A DNA stretch of 20,000 nucleotides from an uncultured virus (IMG/VR IMGVR_UViG_3300032665_001598) (lineage: Duplodnaviria; Heunggongvirae; Uroviricota; Caudoviricetes): the IMG/VR virus record IMGVR_UViG_3300032665_001598, one strand, 5' to 3'. The position numbers were made by a program, and so were the translations under genes. A model generated the notes under the pieces. It saw only the letters and a list, made by a program, of their open reading frames with translations. It was not told the origin of the DNA and ran no database searches. Of the stretch, positions 15,238-20,000 are shown piece by piece; the first letter of the stretch is position 1; every line of letters starts with the position of its first letter.

Positions 15238-17442
15238 ATGTTTAAAATACTTGCCACTATCCTTATCGCCAGCCTTGTTGGATTCTGTACTCCCAAGGCA
15301 CACGCACAGAATCTTCCAAGTGGATACTTGGGTGGGGTATTAAATTATTCTAGCGGTAATATACAGTACAATTATAGTTTTACAGCCAACACAACCGGTG
15401 CAGACTACATTGGTTTTGCTTTTAGACAGGATCCAGGTTACTGGACATTTACCAATGCCGCAGTTACCAAGTCGGGATCATCCACTAACTTATTAGCCAA
15501 TGGTAACTTACAATATGGTGGATCAACCTCTGTGGGAATACAAGCACCAGCTGATTGGGGAGTATGGTATCAAAACGGAACAGTACCATCGGCTGCTGGG
15601 TATTGGAGTCCTTATCAATGGTACGATGGCGCAGTTGGTAGTTACGACGGTATCTATCAAAGTATAAGTGTAACCGCAGGCTCAACATACAATATCAGTT
15701 TCTACTTGTCTGGAACAAATGCCAGTAGCAATCCCAGTATTGAAGTAGGAACCTATGCAGGTGCATGTGCCGCAGGTACAACTATCTTTACATGTACTCC
15801 TGGTGCTAGTGCTGGATTTACTACAATGGTCACTCCGCAGGCAACACAAGGTGTGGGCGGAGCTCCGGCAGTTACTGTAACAGGCACTACTACAACAACT
15901 GCAACCAGTACAGTTATTATTGGCAATCAACAAGTAACTGTAACAACACCTACAACTACAACAACCTATAGCGATGGCGCAGTTTCTACAGTAGTTGGTA
16001 CAGCAACACAAACAACCTTATCAAGCTCGGCATTTACCGGAGTACACTTTGGTGCAAGTCAAGTAGCAGATACGCAATGGAATGTCAGTGCTTGCACACA
16101 AACCGCAACATGTCAGGTATATAGCACAAGCCCAGGTGGCACATACGAAACAGGTAGCTGGACAGCAATCGGTAGTACTCAGTATGTTACGTTTATTCCT
16201 AATACAGGAAGTGATAGTGCAACTAATCCGTGGACTATGATTCTGGTTAATGCTGATGGATCATTTAGAGCATTGGGTACTGGGCGCATATTAGTTGAAG
16301 GTACTGCTAGTAATGGTAACTTGTATTTGTTCTTTACTAATAGTAACTACAATGGAACATTGCTCAGTGGTAACTTGGGATTAACAGGACAAGGTGCTAC
16401 CTTCACTGGAGTAGAAAATCCAACAGCCGCACAAACTAATACATTATCTGGTGGTATGAGTAGTACTCCGCTAACTGCTGGACAGACCGGCGGAACCGGC
16501 GGTTCCTCTGCTCCAACTGTAGTAAGCACAGCAAACTCTGTTATCACAACATCTAGTACCAGTGGTAGTACTACTAGCTACTATAGCCAACCTATTACAA
16601 CCACAACATGGAGTGATGGTAGCACAACTACAGCCAACAATGGCTCAGCTACATTGATCAACACATCCACGTCGGGTGGCTCTAGTACAATTACTACCGC
16701 ACAACAGAATCAAGTTAACGCAGTCACTATGCCGGGACTTACTAATAATGTAATTTATATTAACCAAACTGGTAATGGAGACGCAATTAATATTACGCAA
16801 GTTGGTGCAGGCAATAGATTAGATGGTGCTACTGCTACTGCTGCAATTATTACTGGAGGCAGTAATCATATAACTGTACGCCAAGGTGATCCTACTGCAC
16901 ATACAGGTAATAACCTAATAGACTTGTATTCTGCAGGAGGTAGTAACACTCTTAATTTAAATCAAGGTACAAGTAGCACAGGCACAGCAACAGGACTTGA
17001 TCAAGGTGGGCACTATCAATATGATTATGTCAATGGTACTGGTAATAACTTGACTGTAGTGCAAGAGAATACTGTTGCCAATGCTGGCCAGTTTGCTAGT
17101 GTAACTATTAATGGAAACTTAAACACCGTTGGTATTACACAAACAGGTACAGCTCGCAATCAATTATTTGCCAGTGTAACAGGTAATAGCAATACAGTAA
17201 CAACAAGTCAAACAGGAACTAGTGCCAGTTATATCAGTGTTAGTGCAACAGGTAACAGCAACTCTGCTACAGTAACGCAATCAAATACAGGTGCAAGCGG
17301 CGCAAACTCTGCGTCAATATCTTTAGTTAATAGCGGTGCTCCAGCAAGTGTAAATTTAACACAAACTGGTGGACAAAGTTATAGTGTTACACAAACTTGT
17401 TATACCACCTGCGGCACAATAACTGTTCGCCAGGGTAACTAA
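15238..17442 (+). CDS. Large secreted protein: carbohydrate-binding-like N-terminal domain(s), Thr-rich linkers and a C-terminal curlin-like repeat domain
   Basis: Signal peptide ending AHA-Q. NLLANGNLQ...DGIYQSISVTAGSTYNISFYL has a jelly-roll/CBM-like pattern. Two PxTTTT(Y/W)SDG linkers. From about 16744 there are QxGxxN repeats, ending TCYTTCGTITVRQGN. Confidence 0.75.
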   Translation: MFKILATILIASLVGFCTPKAHAQNLPSGYLGGVLNYSSGNIQYNYSFTANTTGADYIGFAFRQDPGYWTFTNAAVTKSGSSTNLLANGNLQYGGSTSVGIQAPADWGVWYQNGTVPSAAGYWSPYQWYDGAVGSYDGIYQSISVTAGSTYNISFYLSGTNASSNPSIEVGTYAGACAAGTTIFTCTPGASAGFTTMVTPQATQGVGGAPAVTVTGTTTTTATSTVIIGNQQVTVTTPTTTTTYSDGAVSTVVGTATQTTLSSSAFTGVHFGASQVADTQWNVSACTQTATCQVYSTSPGGTYETGSWTAIGSTQYVTFIPNTGSDSATNPWTMILVNADGSFRALGTGRILVEGTASNGNLYLFFTNSNYNGTLLSGNLGLTGQGATFTGVENPTAAQTNTLSGGMSSTPLTAGQTGGTGGSSAPTVVSTANSVITTSSTSGSTTSYYSQPITTTTWSDGSTTTANNGSATLINTSTSGGSSTITTAQQNQVNAVTMPGLTNNVIYINQTGNGDAINITQVGAGNRLDGATATAAIITGGSNHITVRQGDPTAHTGNNLIDLYSAGGSNTLNLNQGTSSTGTATGLDQGGHYQYDYVNGTGNNLTVVQENTVANAGQFASVTINGNLNTVGITQTGTARNQLFASVTGNSNTVTTSQTGTSASYISVSATGNSNSATVTQSNTGASGANSASISLVNSGAPASVNLTQTGGQSYSVTQTCYTTCGTITVRQGN

Positions 17443-17493
17443 TGATATCCTTTACCATAAACAAATATCGCTATTATAAAGAAAATTTAGACG

Positions 17494-17970
17494 ATGTTAG
17501 TTTATATGTACAGGACTGCGGCGGCTATTTTGAAATACAGCAGTTTGTTGGCAACTTTAGCAGAATTAGATCCCACAGAATATACGTTGGTCATTGTAGG
17601 TGATGGGCCGTACATGAAAGATGCTCGTAGATTGTTACCGTGGGCTAAGTTTGTGGGGTATAAATCAGGACAAGAACTAGTAGACTATTATAATCAAGCA
17701 GATGTATTTGTATTCCCAAGTAGCGCAGATACATTTGGTTTAGTTATTATAGAAGCAATGGCACAAGGAACTCCAGTAGCGGCATTTCCGGTACAAGGCC
17801 CTATAGACATTATTGAGCCGGGTGTAAACGGGTGTATGGATTGGGATCTTGAAGAAGCTGTTCGTAAATGCTTAACTCTAGATCGAGCACAAGTTAAAGA
17901 ATCTAGTCTACACTGGACCTGGGAAGAATGTTGGAGTATTTTCAAAGATAACCTAATTCAAATAAAATAA
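17494..17970 (+). pseudogene. C-terminal half of a GT4 (GT-B) glycosyltransferase; N-terminal domain missing
   Basis: LVIVGDGPY, FVGYKSGQELVDYYNQADVFVFPSSADTFGLVIIEAMAQGTPVAAFPVQG. Only 158 aa, and the first ~20 residues do not look like GT4. Confidence 0.65.
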
Positions 17971-17977
17971 ATACTTG

Positions 17978-20000
17978 ATGTTCAAAAAAATACTAACCAG
18001 TCCCTGGACTGCTTTATTAACTCTAGCCCTTGTAACTGCTCTGCGTATATCAGATCCTACATTTGTTGAAAGTGTTCGCCTACGTTACTTTGATACACTA
18101 GTAACCAGCAAGACAGCAGAACCGATTGGGGTTAGCGTAGTAAACATTGATGAAAAGGCACTAGAAAAATATGGACAATTTCCATTCAGTCGAGATATCT
18201 ATGGCCGCATTATCGCCGATCTTTATAAGCGGAATGCTGGTCTTGTTGTTTTCAATATTTTTACTCCTGATCGTGATCGCCTCGGTCGTGACCAAGATTA
18301 TGTACAAGCACTTAAACAATACCCAACAGTTCTTCCTAGCGTCGGAGGAGCAACAACTAGAAACAATCCACGAGCCCCAGGTTCAGCGGTCATTGGAAGT
18401 TTCAACCAAGAAGCGTTTGTAGAGTTCCCTGGCATTATTGCTAATATACCGCAAGTAGAATCCGCTGCCGCAGGTGTTGGTATTACAAATACATTTCCTG
18501 AAGTAGACGGTGTTGTACGTCGTATGCCGTTAGTAGTTGCATACAATGGTCAACTATATCCCAACCTGGCAATGGAGACTTTACGTGTAGCCGGAGGCGA
18601 TTCAACTGTACAGATCAAAGTAAATGACAACGGTGTAGAGAAGATGCGTATACCTAGTCAAGGCATTGTGGCTACAGATAGTTTGTCACGTATATGGATT
18701 GACTGGTCATTGACTCCAGACCATTATAGTTTAACTGACTTGCCTCGAGACTTTGAAGGTGAGATTGTTATAGTAGGTGTATCGGCACAAGGACTAGCTA
18801 ACCCTGTTGCAACAAGTTTAGGTGAAATGCTACCACAAGATTTACAAGCGGCTGTACTGGGTACTGTAATTGCTAACAAGACACGTCCTGTTATTACTCG
18901 TCCAGACTGGGCCGAGGGTGCAGAAGTCATAGGCTTTGTTGCACTGGGTATTCTATTAATTTTTCTTTCAAGGTGGACTTATGTTGGCATTCTTTCAGCA
19001 GTTATCGTTATTGGCGGGGCTATTCCTCTTTCTAATTATATGTATTCGAGTAGGGCTTGGCTGTTTGACATTACTGTGGTGGTTGGTGGTCTTGTCCTGG
19101 TTGCTCTCCATACTTATGGGGTGAAGTTCGTAAGCGAGTTCTTACAGAAGCAAGCAATTAAGAAACAGTTTGCTGGTTACTGTAGTAAGGAAGTAGTAGA
19201 GATGCTACAGAAAAATCCCGAACTTGTAAAGCAAGGCGTTCGAAAAGATGTATCGGTTGCTTTTAGCGACCTTAGAGGGTTTACCCCGATTGGTGAACAT
19301 TATGGCGACGATGTGGCCGGTCTTGGCCGGTATATGAACGGCTATATGGACGCTATTAGCAAGCCGGTGCTAGATAATAACGGTATGGTCTTAAAATATG
19401 TAGGAGATGCTTCAATGTATATGTTCGGTGCTCCTATTGAAGATCCTAATCATGCACGTACTATCGTTAAGGTAGGACTTGAGATGTTAGATGCTGTAGA
19501 TGAATATACTAAACTAATGGAAGCACAAGGATTACCACCTGCTGCAATGGGCTGGGGCTGTAATACAGGTATTGGCTTTATTGGTGAAATGGGCTCAACT
19601 GACAGACATAGCTACGATATTCTGGGTGATTCCGTATCAACTGCTGCTCGCTTAGAAGCACGTTGTAAAGCCTATGGTGTATTGTGTATTATTGGCGCAG
19701 AAACTTATAACCGTACTCAAGATGATTTCTTCTACTTGTTACTAGATAACTTACAACCTAAAGGTAAGACTGTAGCAGACTTAATCTACACAGTTCTACG
19801 TACCAAGGGTGCAGACTACACAAAAGATCGAGAACAACACAATGCTATGCATGCCTTATACAAGGCTAAGAAGTTTGATGAAGCGGCCGCGATGTGTAAA
19901 AAGCTCGTTGGTAACTTTGGCGGACAAATGGACAAGTACTACAAGATTTGGATAGAGCGTTGTGAGTTCATGAAGCAACAGGACTTACCTGCTAATTGGA
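17978..20000 (+). CDS. CHASE2-domain membrane class III adenylate/guanylate cyclase, running off the 3' edge (absent from the ORF track)
   Basis: Translated by hand from ATG 17978: N-terminal TM; CHASE2 motifs VVNIDEKALEKYGQFPFSR, EVDGVVRRMPLV, IVIVGVSAQGL; three TMs; cyclase motifs VAFSDLRGFT, LKYVGDASM, GCNTG, GEMGS...YDILGDSVSTAARLE and QPKGK. Confidence 0.92.
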   Translation, partial: MFKKILTSPWTALLTLALVTALRISDPTFVESVRLRYFDTLVTSKTAEPIGVSVVNIDEKALEKYGQFPFSRDIYGRIIADLYKRNAGLVVFNIFTPDRDRLGRDQDYVQALKQYPTVLPSVGGATTRNNPRAPGSAVIGSFNQEAFVEFPGIIANIPQVESAAAGVGITNTFPEVDGVVRRMPLVVAYNGQLYPNLAMETLRVAGGDSTVQIKVNDNGVEKMRIPSQGIVATDSLSRIWIDWSLTPDHYSLTDLPRDFEGEIVIVGVSAQGLANPVATSLGEMLPQDLQAAVLGTVIANKTRPVITRPDWAEGAEVIGFVALGILLIFLSRWTYVGILSAVIVIGGAIPLSNYMYSSRAWLFDITVVVGGLVLVALHTYGVKFVSEFLQKQAIKKQFAGYCSKEVVEMLQKNPELVKQGVRKDVSVAFSDLRGFTPIGEHYGDDVAGLGRYMNGYMDAISKPVLDNNGMVLKYVGDASMYMFGAPIEDPNHARTIVKVGLEMLDAVDEYTKLMEAQGLPPAAMGWGCNTGIGFIGEMGSTDRHSYDILGDSVSTAARLEARCKAYGVLCIIGAETYNRTQDDFFYLLLDNLQPKGKTVADLIYTVLRTKGADYTKDREQHNAMHALYKAKKFDEAAAMCKKLVGNFGGQMDKYYKIWIERCEFMKQQDLPANW

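Noticed and set aside
18171..18422. 83-aa hydrophobic ORF as a separate membrane protein
   Set aside because: It lies out of frame inside the CHASE2 cyclase gene.
131..18930. Numerous short minus-strand and alternate-frame ORFs in the track
   Set aside because: All overlap well-supported + strand genes and have no recognisable motifs. They are the shadow ORFs expected from biased codon usage.
17978..20000. Cyclase as a Pycsar or CBASS anti-phage enzyme
   Set aside because: The architecture is a CHASE2 membrane sensor cyclase with purine-type specificity residues, and no cognate TIR or TM effector gene is visible in the window.
1..20000. tRNA or rRNA genes, or alternative genetic code
   Set aside because: No cloverleaf or rRNA-like segment was seen in the short intergenic gaps. 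Genes read full-length in the standard code, with TAA, TGA and TAG all used as stops.

Overview
All supported genes lie on the + strand and are tightly packed. The gene mix points to a large tailed (probably T4-like or jumbo) bacteriophage rather than a bacterial chromosome. This is inferred from a baseplate/tail-fibre-like protein, a free-standing GIY-YIG endonuclease, phage-type bS21/Hsp20/ClpS genes and a recurring T4-late-like TAAATA motif. The left part holds a 5'-truncated UvsE UV endonuclease, a 1105-aa repeat-rich fibre-like protein, a prodomain-less S53 sedolisin and a membrane/coiled-coil protein. The middle holds a translation/proteostasis cluster (bS21, Hsp20 with a ROSE-like thermometer, ClpS), the homing endonuclease, a TagD-like cytidylyltransferase and a DEDDh exonuclease. 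The right part (about 11.1-20 kb) is the most striking: a curli/type VIII secretion-like cluster (csgF, csgG, a curlin-like subunit, a FecR-domain protein and a lectin-like/curlin fusion). It is followed by a CHASE2 class III nucleotidyl cyclase that is missing from the ORF track because it runs off the window. Just upstream of the cluster is a small stand-alone paralogue of that cyclase's C-terminus. Together these may form a phage-encoded amyloid-secretion and trans-envelope cAMP signalling system. All calls are from motif recognition by eye; no searches were run.
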